A stretch of DNA of 63,912 nucleotides, filler included, from Folioceros fuciformis (GCA_049999805.1; 14 parts of 14 records of this genome joined end to end with filler, not necessarily neighbours in it); one strand, 5' to 3'. Numbered from the whole stretch's first letter, positions 38,501 to 51,667 are shown. The notes: generated from the sequence alone by a model not told the origin. Program-made: numbers and translations.

Positions 38501-41500
38501 CAGATCGAGTGAGATCCCCAATTGAACCTTGTCAGGAACCTTCTCATCTTGCCACTTTATGGCTTCTTTCGCATCCATGCTTCCATCCAGCACTGCTTTC
38601 TCCAGGACTTCACGTGCTCTGCCTGATGGAACCCTCACAAACCTGAGTTCTCCATCTGAGCCAATGAACTGAACAGTTTCAACAGCACCTCGGACCCTGG
38701 TGTCTTCTGTTTTCCAGCCGTCGGACTCAAAAGCAGATTTATCCCTACAGCACTGCAGACATGACCAACGTTGAGGCTTTCCAGCAACATACGCTCCGAT
38801 CATCAGGAAAACAAAAGCTGCTATTGCACTGATAGTGAGTACATGAAAGTTGTCACCTCCTAAAAACCAGAAAATCATTTACCTGGGCCAGTGAAAATGT
38901 GATCAGAGGTACAAGAACTGTTGCACCGCCAGCGCGTATGAAGCGCACAACGTTATCACGGCCACCACTTTCTACTAGAGCAAGCAGAAACACCACCAAT
39001 TTGAAGACAAGCACTTGATGCTCAGTTTCTATTATTTCTCGCAACATTCCCACTGCAGCCTGCCCAACAACAAAGGCTGGTCAAAAGAGAAAACTCAATT
39101 CGCCCTGCAGACTCCCAAGGCAGGCAGATAGTGCGCAAAGAAGAAGAAACAGGATAGCCACAAACCTCAATCACATTGAGTGCCTCAAGGCAATAAGCAA
39201 CTTCCTCAGCATGCCTTTCGTATATCCAGGCTAAGGTATGGGCTGCAAGTCGAAGATCTATCTCAGGCAGATTATTGTGCCCAAAAAGCGGGGTAAAGCC
39301 AAGGACCATAGCCTGAAAGATGGACTGGAAAATGGACAAGGGATCCCGAAGCTGTCACATACAACGAAAACGTGTTCAGACGGCACTTTCCAGCTTCCAC
39401 AAGGAAAACCAGGCCTTCTACATACATAGGCATTCAAATTATTTTTCGAAAATACACCTTCCAGAACAAATCATTGGAACCATCTGCAGGTGGATTTTGA
39501 TCAACCAAAAGCTCCAGATGCACACCTCCAACCACTGAGCCTGCAAGGGAGAAAACACCGCATGTCACATGATCCACACGGTGTCTTGACTCTCTTTACT
39601 AATGTCGGAAAAAAAAGCTTGCAACTGCATAGACATACTTGGACTGACGTGGACCCATAAATGAGTCGCACTGCATGCATACCTTCACCCTCACTGGCAG
39701 GAGAGTAGACCAGCAGCACATCAGCACTGTTATAAACCAAGTCACGATTCCCAGCCAACGCTAACTCATAACCCTTCAACTCTTCTCGCAAAAACTGAAT
39801 CCAACAAACCAATTCATCAGACGTTAGAAATCAGAAGACAAATAAGCAAACATGCACAAAGGAGGGGATTTCATGACCATGTTTTACAAAAAGAGCAGAC
39901 AACCTTCCGAAGTTCCATCCTCTTCTGATCATTCCACACCAGAACAGGAGTTTCCAAACTTTCCTTTTGCAAGATTTCCAGAGTTTCCATCCAAGCTGGC
40001 AACCTGCTGGAGGATCTCTCCTGCACAGATACACAACACAATCAGAAAATGACCCTCTTACTTGTCACAGGACTCCTCTACCCAATTGATTATTTACATT
40101 TCTTAAAAAAGATTGTTCTGGTATTGGGTTGAAGAGGCTAATCAACCTTTTCAGCTGTTGACATCTCAAATGCCTTAATAGCATACAGACGCATCACCCC
40201 CTGAAACAAATGATAACAGGAGTCAGCAAAATGTTACCAGTGCTAAACAACTGCACCTAATTAGGACACATTACCTTCGGAAGAATTGCCTCTAAAAGCC
40301 TGCGAGATTCCCTGTTCCCCTCCAGCATCAGATACACGAGGTTGCCACTCAACACCCTTACATGCTTCTTCTCTGAAAAGATAGCATTCCTCAAATGCAA
40401 TAAAAGAACACAGCGATCCAAGCATGTTTTCTGGCACAACATGATCGTCAGTTATCAGAGTAAAATCAAATGACAAAATATGTACAACACTGATTCACTA
40501 TGTCTCGTGAGACAAAACTTGCACATCAATTACCTGCAGCTGATTTGATATGTAAGGTGATGTCTTCATTAACAATCCTTTCAGAAGCGAAGAAGCACTG
40601 CACAAGTATGCTTTGCTCATCAAGCTGGTTCCCCAACACGTAAAACAACTATTCAAAATGAAAATTTCTGAAAGAGAAAGCAGAGCCTCTAAAAACAAGC
40701 ATAGCGTGCCAAGATACCTTTGGAAAACCACAAAGCTAGGGGACCAGAATATTGTACAAATGATGTCAGCAGCCGCCACAACAGCAGACTCAAACGCCTG
40801 CACGTCATTACAGAACGACATATTAGTGCACATTCAGAGAGAACAGAATTCAAACCTACCTAGAATTCAAGTCTACCTAGATTTAGCATACCTTCATCCA
40901 CATTCGAGTTGCCTCACTCTCGGTTGTCTGAGAGAGCAGAAGTCCAACAGAGATTATCTCTAGCAGACCAAACACCTGTCATATACAGAGATGTTAGGCT
41001 TCCACAACAGAACGTCAACTCGCACTTAGACCCACAGAATAGGTGTGACAAATTCATAATGGGAAGTGAGGATTGCATGCCAGGGAAGCAACCGATCACC
41101 TGGAGAGCATGGTTCTTAGCTAAAGATCTCGTGTGAAGCAACGTCACTAGTAGTTGTAAATTTTCCGCGTTGAGGACAGCAAGCTTGTTTGTGATTTCTT
41201 GCTACAAATATCAAGAACAATATCAATTCATCTTCTCCAAGGGAAGAGTGGAAAACAGCAGAAGCAACTTGCTCCTTGCTGGCAGCAAAGGAAAGACAAC
41301 TACTTGTGCATCAGGTCACCTTGGATGGACTGAAGTCCGAACTGCCTCCTTCCACAGGTAGTTTGAAGCAAGTCCGCAGGGCAACGGATGCTAGGTAGGA
41401 AAGCACTGCGTTGTCTGAACGAAGACACTGAAAGCAACACCAAAATGCTTAAGTAACCTGCAACCTACTGCATCTTCACAACTGTGCCATCAGAATATGT

Positions 41501-44032
41501 AAAAGTAGCAAAACAAAAGTAGATAGTAATGTCCACAAGAGTCATGCCCTTTCAAGAGGAAGAGCCTGTAACAATATGTAGCACATCGAGGAGCACATAG
41601 CGATTTTGCTACTGTCATTCTGACCACTTCTTCTGCTGGTCATAACTTAATAGGTCAGGCCTACATTCTAGAACAGTCAAATAAAGCTTTACCTGGAAAA
41701 GGACAGCTACGACATCTGAAAGATTTCTCATTGCATCAAAACAGGCTCGTGAGGCTAGTAGTCTTTGAAGCACAATGCAGCAAGTAGTTGCACACACAAT
41801 ATCCCTCCCAAGATCCACTGTTCCACAACAACCACATCAGCATTCGGACGTCTAACCAGTTTCAAGAGACTTGTGGCAGCGACGCAAGGAATACGTTCAC
41901 TTGACTTACCAAGGCAATCTTTCAGAACATCTGCAACAGCCTGAGCTATTTTCGGATCAACACATTGAGAGTCCCCAACCTGCATAAAACGCAAAAATTT
42001 AATTAATCCTTCCTCAGAAAATCGAACCGTTGCCCTGCATCATTGAAAAAGGTGTACTGCCTGACAGAGGTCAGGTTTTCCATAAAACGACATGTAACCT
42101 GTGAATATGTCCCCTACAAATCAAAACATCCACAGAAGGTGTCTATGCGGCTATTTGAGGACACCAACAGCCTGGGATACTCACATGTATGTTTGCTGCA
42201 TATTCCTTGAGAGAGACATGCAATACTTCAGGGTCACGACTTCCATAGTATGAGCCAATGATCCTATTCAGGTAATAGGTCTCACACTCACTCTGTAATA
42301 TACACAGATGCAAACACATCAGGCCCTCTGCCCAGTGATGAGAGATCCACACAGCCGTACAGGGAACCGATAGCAAAAATCAGTGCGTGCATCCGGCTCA
42401 GGATGATAAGAACCAACCTGGTAGACCGCTTGCAGCTTCTCTGGAAAGCTGTACGGATAAAGATGTTCCATTCGGATACTGAACCATGAGCCCTTGCCGA
42501 TGCCCATGACATTTGCAATGCTTGCAAGGAAGTCATCTCTATCCTCAAGGCAATACTGAGTTGATCGCCATGCCTTGAACTCAACCGTTACCTCTGTGCG
42601 ATTTTGATCGTCCACACTAAGCCCTACAAGATCACTCAAGCTACACCAAATAGCTGTAATGTCACGTTCCCACTCTAGTAGCCATCATTCAGGAGAAGGA
42701 TAGTGGAGAAAATGCATGTATTGTAGTTAACGTACACAATTGGAGAACTCCGTTACCTGTGCACACCGATCACCTCATCACCACATTTCTCAATGAAAAA
42801 GGACTCTGTGATGGTAATTGTACGACGACGGTCTTCATTACTAGAATTCATATGCTTAGTCACATGGAACTCGTAGAGCACAGGCGAATCCTTCTGAACG
42901 ATTAAGCACCATTTCAGTTACAGGAAGGAAGGTAACTGGAAAGTTGTGGAGGATAGATACCCAAGTCTGTTCCGATCCTTACCAGCTTTCGAAGACGTGC
43001 AGAGAGATTGTCTATCATTATAGGTGTTGTTATCCTCTCGATCTCGACGTCAGTGCTTAAGTACGTCTGCCACCAAAAGCAGAGGGATCCAACTTTCTTT
43101 CAGCATGCCAGCCGATGCAACACGATATCTAACAATCCCAGGCCATCGCCCACCAACCTTCATGTTTCGGCGCACTGCTTGCAGAAATGGCAAGGAATCC
43201 TTAAGCGACAGTCTCAGCACACGAGACTTCAGATGCAACAGCACAATGTGCTCGTCATCAACCAGAGTTTCCATCTTAACGATATCTCCGAAGTTGATCT
43301 TTTTAGCTGGGTTGACCTGAGATCAAAGTGCGTCCAGATCATGAGGTGAATGGCAGAAGAAACTGTACTGCACCAGACTGCTCATCGAGGCTATCTCAAC
43401 CCCCACTACTACACGTCTACCCAAACTGATACAGAGGAATCCGACAACCACAAAACCCGTACCCTGCGTCTTTCATGTCGCACACCAGCATTCACCATCT
43501 TCACAATGGATGCACTCCGAATGCGCAGAACTGTGTCCGTCAACCCACCTCGCTGGTTGCTGTGCTTCTTCAGAGGAAAATCTGTGCCTGAAATACCACA
43601 GGAGCTGAATCCAGGAACACGTCGCACTGACCAGCGACGCAAGCGAAGAGAACACACAGCAAGAGGCAGCCCTGCGCTAGGCCAGGCAGCTCAACCATCT
43701 CATAAATCCAATCCCTTACCAATGCCATTGACCTCGTCCAACTTATTGAGAAGCGCAGTCAACAAGGCAGTCCTAGAATCGCAACAGAGCCGAACAGATT
43801 CATGGCCACCCCTGGCTCCGTCAAACATTTCCACCGTCAGCTCAGTGCTGTCGTCGTGCGAGGGGAACACCCTTGACATGCGCTCGAAAGTGTACTCCAT
43901 CGCCGGAGCATTGAAGGAGGACAGGGGGGTGATGGTGATCCCATGATCCGAAACCCGGAGAATCCGCAATACTCCTTTCGCGGACCTGGTGCCGCTCCCG
44001 GGAGGTCTGACCAGGAAGACCTGGTAATCCAT
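32522..44032 (-). CDS. RME8: Divergent RME-8/DNAJC13/GRV2 (KAM2)-like protein lacking the J-domain, with a C-terminal SEA-like domain and polyproline; 3' end truncated by the gap
   Basis: ATG at 44032. N-terminal PH-like blocks (RILRVSDHGITIT...CDSRTALLTALL; LYEFHVTKH...RRTITITESFFIEK; LVGLSVDDQNRTEVTVEFK...YCLEDRDDFLASI) align in order with my recollection of the RME-8 N-terminus. Four IWN-type repeats: LVWND (~39925), EVIWNLEMRERL (~37640), AIWTGEVRKEL (~35935) and LVWDDNTRDQV (~34785). Also YLQNLLDSERFPTYQIIDPVGFL and ELYLGGFYVDQFLRNPQYDF. The last exon (36224 to the gap) is about 3.7 kb and open. Confidence 0.85.
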
Positions 44033-44606
44033 GACTGGCAACCGACCCGAGCCCACTCAATTCCTCTCTACATCCCACAACGGACGGCGACTCCCCACCC
44101 CCTGACCTAACACGAATCCTCTTCCCTACCCAACCCGGTACAACACAATCCACCTCTCCCCACAACCGCACCAGGAATTCCAATTGCTGGATCCCGCACA
44201 AAAATCCGTTTTCTCCACAATACGAAATCTACAGCCTGCCCTGCCCCGTGGCTAAGTTTCGCCAAACCCACCTCCGATCCCGACACCCGAGGCCCCAAAT
44301 TCGGCCCTCCACCCCGGGTCACAGATCCGCGAAGCGGCAATGCGTCGTCCAGAGACGCACGCTCTCACTCTCGCGGGCCCGCGACCTGCAAACTCAGCCC
44401 GCACCAGCTCGGGGGAGCAATCCGGGCCCGGAGGCACGCCAAGGGACGTCAGAATCCGCATCTAGGAGCTGCCTCCAGATCCGTCATCCTGGACTCCTCC
44501 CACCGCNNNNNNNNNNNNNNNNNNNNNNNNNNNNNNNNNNNNNNNNNNNNTTAATTAATTAANNNNNNNNNNNNNNNNNNNNNNNNNNNNNNNNNNNNNN
44601 NNNNNN

Positions 44607-45519
44607 GCCTCATCATGACCTACACCCTGTCCATCTTCTTCAAAAAAAAGGTCAGGGAACAAATCATGGTCATCCTCGTTATGGAGTCTGAAGTCCAGGT
44701 CATTTGGGCCTAACATGTTGGCCTCATCTGCTGCAGGTGCTGAAGGTTCGTCCTAATCACGTTGAATATCCTCAACATCCGGCAGGAGTGCTGGATTCTG
44801 TAAATTAGGAGCAACATCCAGATCGCTTGGAGGATCAGCCACATTACCAACAGCAAGAATGGCACCATCAGCATCATCAGAGTAAAAGGAAAACAGTCCA
44901 ACAGGTTCATCCAAGTCATTTGAACTATCAGCAGGCTGTGGCAAAGGTTTGGCCTTACGGTCAATAGGCTGTAAAGGCTCAACAAAGGTAACACTTCGTG
45001 CTAAAACCAGCTCCCTTGAATGTGGATCTAGAAGCTTATATGCTTTTACATGTTCACTGTACCCCATAAATGTGAGGCACCGAGAACGATTGTCTAACTT
45101 CTTGCGTTTTTCTGCAGGAATATAAGCATAGGCTTTAGACCCAAAAACCCTGAGATGTAGAAGACTAGGTTTTCGTTTCCAGGTAAGCTCAAAAGGTGCG
45201 GCAGAGACAAGGGACCTAGTTGGCAATCTGTTCAAGATGTATGTGGCGGTGACTATAGCTTCAGCCCAATAAAGAGAAGGTAAGCCAGACCACAACAACA
45301 TAGCCCTTGTCATACCCATCAACGTTTGGCTTTTGCGTTCAGCAACACCATTCTGTTGTTGAGTATATGGAACTATTAACTAATGGATGATGCCTTGTTC
45401 TGCCAGAAAACTGGTGAAGGAATGGTTAACAAACTCAGACCCATTATCCGACCGGAAGACCTTCAACAGAAGACCTATTTGTCGTTGAACCAAGAGCAAC
45501 CAGTCCTGGAACAAGGTAA
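44607..45519 (-). mobile_element. Ty1/copia integrase fragment, degenerate, interrupted by a nested LTR element
   Basis: KVFRSDNGSEF...GIIH*LIVPYTQQQNGVAERKSQTLMGMTRAML...YWAEAIVTATYILNRLPT...HLRVFGSKAYAYIP...FMGYS. TAG at 45380-45382. Confidence 0.95.
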
Positions 45520-45692
45520 TGTTAGTAAATGGTGTTTAACCACGCCCTTAGGTTAATTTATTTAGGGTTGTTTATTAAACAATAACTTAGGGTTACACGG
45601 ACATTTTGTATTTAAGTATACTTTGTCTTAATTAAATTCATTCCTGCTTGTGCACTTGTTTCGTGTGCACGAGAGCTTCCGCTTTATTTACA
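45520..45692 (+). repeat. 5' LTR (173 bp) of a nested LTR retrotransposon whose body runs to the gap at 46668
   Basis: Starts TGTTAG exactly where the host integrase homology stops, ends TTTACA, and is directly followed by a PBS. Confidence 0.88.
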
Positions 45693-45704
45693 TGGTATCA
45701 GAGC
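45693..45704 (+). promoter_or_regulatory. Primer-binding site complementary to the 3' end of initiator tRNA-Met
   Basis: TGGTATCAGAGC immediately after the LTR-terminal CA. Confidence 0.93.
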
Positions 45705-47280
45705 TCAATACAATCTAGTGTCGTGATGATGAGCCTCTCAGTCGCACCTTGCACATAAGATAGCTCACTCTATTTTTAGAGTAGGCTACCTCATGTGCAT
45801 GATGGATTGTAGGCCCTGCATGTTTGGCACTAGGTTAATTGATTCTGGAGAATGTCAAAAATTCTAACAAATAATGCAATCTAAAGTTGCTAGGAAATCT
45901 TGTCGATATGACTCGTAGGAATTCCAATCGTCCTCATCGGGCTCTTGTGAATTTCTGCGATCACAAGGCTAGGTGTCTATCAGCTGGCTGGAATTCAGAT
46001 AGCTATCAGACAGAGGCATCTTACCCTTCCTCTAGTCGTTCTCAAAGGCTAGCTGAGTTGATCTTTGAGTCACAGCTCAATCCTCCTCTCAACAGAAGTC
46101 AGCACAGGGCTGAATGTACAAGGCGAACGGCTGCACATCGACAAGAGACCCCTGTGTTAGAAGACAATCGTGAGACAAGGCTAACTCTCTCAAGTCTACG
46201 TGCGGAATTTGCAACAAGAGGTCTCGATTCTGCTTCAACCTTGCTGGATGTCCAATCAACATTGAGAGATCAGTCTGCTGCTTCTCCTCAGGGGAGACAC
46301 GCATCTGAGGCGGCTTGATCCGCCACAGATCAAGCGCAGGTGGGCGCCCCAACGCTGGTGCAGGGCGTCAGCCAGCGCCAGGCGCTGGAGGCCAGCAACC
46401 TGTTCTCAACCGTCACGTTCATTTGACATGACGGTTGGCTGTGCTTGACATCTGTCACCAAACGCTGTCTTTGAGTAGGTTTTGTGCCCTAAAAACAGCG
46501 TTTCATATCATGCTTAGTTTTGAACTAATGCTGACCTAATGAAACGTCATTAGTTTGCTACTTACCGTTTCATGTCTTTGCATTGGGATACTGAGTCTGA
46601 TAGTTAGGTAGACGAATCTTCGGATGTAGAGGAGGTTTTTCTACAGTCTCTTGCATCGCAGTTCCCTTNNNNNNNNNNNNNNNNNNNNNNNNNNNNNNNN
46701 NNNNNNNNNNNNTTAATTAATTAANNNNNNNNNNNNNNNNNNNNNNNNNNNNNNNNNNNNNNNNNNNNACATCAAGGATGTAAAAACGACGGCTTTGTGT
46801 TCACTATGTATATGAGGCTGGACCAGGATGTGCAGAAAGCGACTCCACGATTCAAACTGGTTTCCAACATGCATATATTTTCTGAAAATAATTTCAAGGG
46901 AGAAATAAATTCTCAGACCTGTATTTATTTACCGTTTTTATACGTAGTGAGTAATTCTCATTTCATATTACAAACAAGCTGCGTGACAAAAGTGTGTGTA
47001 AGTGTGAAGTTTGAGTTACTTCATGCTGCTATTGTGTGGCTAGATATGTGTAGATATTACAGTGATAATGATGGGATTTCGGTTATTTTATGTATTGGTC
47101 ATGATGTTTATGTGGGCGAGATAAACAAGTTGGTTGATTTCCATGTTAGGTTAGATTATCTCTTGTATGATAGTTAATAGATAGTTAGCACACGTTTAGG
47201 CGTCATCTTGGTGACGTCTTGCAGCTCAGAACTGGAGACTTTGTACTGAGATCGTGTGGCTTCTTAATCTGATGAGGAAG

Positions 47281-50158
47281 CTACTGCTTATCAACTCTGT
47301 AAAGGGATCTGAGCTCTTTGAGTTGCTCGATGCTGAAACCGAAACGAGTGTTGGGGCTGTGGTCTGCCATGCAGTTGAACAAGATTGGTACTGCTTTGGC
47401 GCCTCCCATCTTTGATTTTCCATGGTCATTGTTGGGCTCGGTGTTGTCTTGAGTGGTGGGTTGTGAGTCCACTTCTATCATGCCGAAATTGGTCATGTAC
47501 TCCCTTTCCACGATGTGGAAATCAGCGATGTTTTCTTTGTCATCCACACGAGTTGCTTCAATGCTGGCAGTGATGGAGCCACGTTCCAGTTCGGATACTG
47601 ACAATCCTGGAGCAAAGTGGTCCAGGAGAGTGGCTACGATGAACCTGGCCTTCTCCCCCATCAGCCTCAGAGCCATGGGGAACCTGCCGCACCTGGTTAT
47701 GGCTTCCAGGATGTCGAATAACCATAGGATGTCTGGATTTGGTGTTGGGTCGAAGGTGTCGTCGGCACCTGAAGGTTTGTCCTCACAAGTCGGGGTGACA
47801 TCCGGAAAACTGATTGGGCCACTTGACCTGGTCATGGACGATCGTTGCTCCTGCTGTTGCTGCCGTTCGTCTGTGTCAGTGGAGAATCTGACATCGCGTT
47901 CCGAGGTAGTCACTGATGTGAAGTCTCGTACTTCCAGCCTGACGTTTCTCCGGCGAGTGGAGACATCACCCTGTGCTGACAGTCTGACGCTACCTCCGTG
48001 GTCTGAGCTTGGACCAGAGAGGTAGTCACGCCCGCTGAATTTGAGGTTCTTGATCTGAGCAGCGACGTCGTCTGACACGGCTGCCGCAATGCTGGCGTCT
48101 CTGGTAGGGCTGGAAATGGCAGGCGGCTTGGGGTTGGGAGGAAGAGGTTGCTTCGCGGTTCCGACGCTCGAGGTAGGTTCCCGGTGCCGGTGATCCCGCA
48201 CCCGGAGCTCGTCTGCAGGGACGGGCTTGAGTATGCCGAAGCTGCTGAGGATGTCGTCAAATCTTTTGAGGTTCTCGCAGGGCTGGATTATGAGGCTGTA
48301 CTTGGGGAACTTCTGTTTGCGCGTTGTCTCCCTGTCGATGGCCCAGGCTTGAGGTTCGGCTGGCGGTGGCCTGTTTTCATCCAGACATGCCTGTGAGGCG
48401 GCCATCTCTGTAGCCAGCATGCGTGCTTCCAACTGCACCGCAGCATGCTCCGCTGCGCTGCGCGGGACGTGCCTGTCAGCGCTTGCGCTGGCAGTGTCCA
48501 CATCCCAGGTTACGGTTGCATGGTGCTCGGGTTCCTGCTTTGGGTGAACGTTTGCCCGTGCTCCTGCGCCTGGCTTCTTCCTGGCTCCAGCCCTTGCCTT
48601 GGCACTGGGAATATCCGAAGGAGGGTCATAGCAGGCAGGCTGGTCATGCCCCTGTCCTTGCGCGCCCGTCTGGTGGCTCTTTCTGACATCTGCCAGTCCC
48701 GGGTCTGCCAGATCTCCGTCCTCAAGAGACGGAGCTCTTCGGTTTCCTCTTCTGCGAGAGGTTGTGGAAGCTTTGTCCCCTCTCGGAGGGTTGGGGGTGG
48801 AGTGGGAGCCTGAGCCTGAGTCTACGCCATTCTGAGTCTGCTCGGATGCTGTCCCGGCTTCGGGGGACGAGCAGCTCACCTGTGTGAGCTGCCAGTCCCA
48901 TAGAGTCTCCAGAATTTCCCCAAGAAGACTGGAAGGGATCTCGTCCCTGAACATGAGAGGAAACTCATGAGGTGACAGCCTTCTCAGCATCCGAAACCTT
49001 GCATTTGAATCTTTGCCCATCCTCTTCCACTCTTTCCTGAACGTCTCAGCGTGGCAATTGCTGCCTGGGAGACTAGTGGGGGCCTGGGCCCCGGTATGCA
49101 GGGCTCCGGTATACTGGCCATAAGGAATGGTAGATATCTTGCCGAGTGTTGGAGGCACATCGTGCATGCCTTTGAAGGCTGCTTCTGGTGCTCCATACCT
49201 GTTGTTCTCATAATGCTCTTTCATGGCACCATCCAGGCCACATCCTACTGCAGAGCCTGAGGCTGGCAAGCCCTTGGCTTGCCGACGCACGTAGGGCAAT
49301 CCAACGTTCCCAGTTCCACCTTGTAGGTCATAGCCTGTCAGTGTGAGAAGATGCTAAGAACTTGACATGACGACAGGGCAACTTGTTTGATCAACAAAAA
49401 AGCGGGGTACCGTTGGAGGCAGCCCCGAGAGGTTTGATTCTGCCACTGGCCAAGGGTGCTCGAGCATTGGACAGGAGCCGAGCAAGTTTGAGGTCTGCAC
49501 CGGTTGGGGGAGCCTTGTCTGCGTCTGGTCGGATCCGACGCCCATTTGCATCATATAGTGGTGGAGGAGACCTTCGCTTAGGAGACCCATCTCGCCCTTT
49601 GGATCGTGTAGGGGAATTTGCCCCGATCTGATCATTGGATACCTGCAGTCCAGAAACCCGGAAGTTGATCATTTATGCCAACAAGTAGGGAAGGCAGGTC
49701 TGTAAAGGTAGGGCTTAAAACCCTTCCACCTACAGAGTCCCGACCACCAGTACCAGAGCAGAGATGGTTGTGTAATCCACACTTTGAGCTTCAGCTACAT
49801 CCACCAAAACAGAGGCCTTGCTATTGGCACCATTCTTCTGTTTCGAACCCTTCTCCGATTTCTTCCCTTGCTTTTCATCCATCTCCTTTTGCCTGTTAAA
49901 AGCCTTGCTGTTCCTCAGCGGCTTACACCCCGAGCTTATAGATTCTGCTACCTTCCTGGCCATCCTGCGTGACTGCAGATAGCCCAAATTTATGGCTTTT
50001 TAGGAAGTCGGAAACATGCAACAATTCAAGTCCATGGGGAACTGAAATTCCAACCCTCATGCCCACAAATGGATTGTAGAAATGCACTCTTGGTTTGAAG
50101 CAAGAGGGAAGAAAACCAGTACCTGGAACTTTTTTTCGGGTCCCGCAGTGGAGCTCAT
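47281..50158 (-). CDS. RPAP3_C-domain protein (CCDC103-like architecture, no TPRs), about 846 aa, 4 exons
   Basis: Phase-consistent exons 50158-50123, 49972-49754, 49642-49411 and 49334-47281. RPAP3_C-like motifs AETFRKEWKRM...RFRMLRRLSPHEFPLMFRDEIPSSLLGEILETL, then LFDILEAITRCGRFPMALRLMGEKAR, and terminal EQLKELRSLYRV. Confidence 0.72.
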
Positions 50159-51667
50159 TTTTTGTGGGGTTGCTATAGACTACCAAGATTAGGATTATTT
50201 AGATGGATTATCAAAATTATTCAGATAGCACAAGATCACAAGCACTCAAACTAGCTTAGAGGGAGATAGGAGAAGATGGTGAAAGCTGCTTTTCTTAAAG
50301 CATTTGTGACATTTTGAACCATTTTCACATGCCATACATTGGACAACATTTGCAACTTTCACTCATACATGTAGGTTTGCCAAGGATATAAAAACTTATA
50401 AGATTTTGTATATTAACACTTTGGACAAAATGGTTTCTACGTTCCTTATACTAAATAGTTTTTAGTAAACTACATTATTTTCATTTAGAAATTATATTTC
50501 TTTTCATCTTTTCCATCATGTGCACATGGTATCTATGTAACTTCAAAGAATGTACTTAATATAAATAAAAATTATCGATATATTTGACTGGAATGGATAG
50601 AAAAATGTATTTAAAAATATTTTAATAACTATTTATTATATAATAAACTATATACTTATAAATATAGAACTAGTGCTTTGATATAGAAAGTATTTAGAAA
50701 ACTTGTACTCAGTCAATGACATTAGAGGTGAAATACATGATAGTTTGATGATTTTTTGGATGTTTTAGTTTCTATTAGATGAAAAAAAAAAAGAGAAAAC
50801 TAGGTAAATTGTAGCATGTATATGAAAATACAAAGGAAATAAAGACTGTCTAAAAGGGCAAACACATTAGACTACTTAATATGATAATCTTAAATTATCT
50901 AATAAAATTGATGATATTTTACGTCCTTAAGAACTGTTCTCTTGTCATGCCAGAGAATTGTACTTTGACAATGAATTAGAATCTTTTAAAGAATGAAATT
51001 TGATGTCAATGTTTGAGTAAATTTTTCATATGAGCTATTTGGAAGGTCACACACAAATTGAAAAGTAGCATGTAACAAGAGTGTTTAGTAGTTTTGGATT
51101 GGCACAAGAACTAACATGTAAACTTCAAGGAATGTATCTTGTTAATTATGTTGGTCTAAGTTCAATCTAAGATGAGTCTTTGTCAAACTTATTACAGGAG
51201 GTATAGGTTGAGAACTGTGTGCTTTCAAGTTGTTCAATCTTGGGGACAACTACTTAGTTTCAACCGTCTTGGGATGTGTTGTTGTATTTACGACACCCTT
51301 TCTCCACTTGTTCAACTAACATCACGATTCCAGAGTCAATTGCGGCTTTTATATCAGGCAACTTATATCTTTGATTCATGTAGATTCCCACAAATGTGCC
51401 CAATGTGAAGGAACACACATTTACAAAGAAACCCATCTAGATTTCGTCCTTAGAGCTCACATATTATAACTGTCAAGTGTTATTGTGGCCAAGACATTGT
51501 TAGTAGATTGCATATAACTTTACTCACTTATAACATGCATGTTTATTTTTTATCAACATGTTCCTATTGCATGAGGTTCGTAAACTTATACGACTCTCAT
51601 TGAAACCAAAACCAAAAATTCCCAAGTTCTATTGAATCAAATGAACAAAAAAATATGTAAAGGTGAA

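Noticed and set aside
46797-47177. 126-aa ORF downstream of the RPAP3_C gene
   Set aside because: AT-rich, non-ATG start in the track and no motifs; likely spurious.
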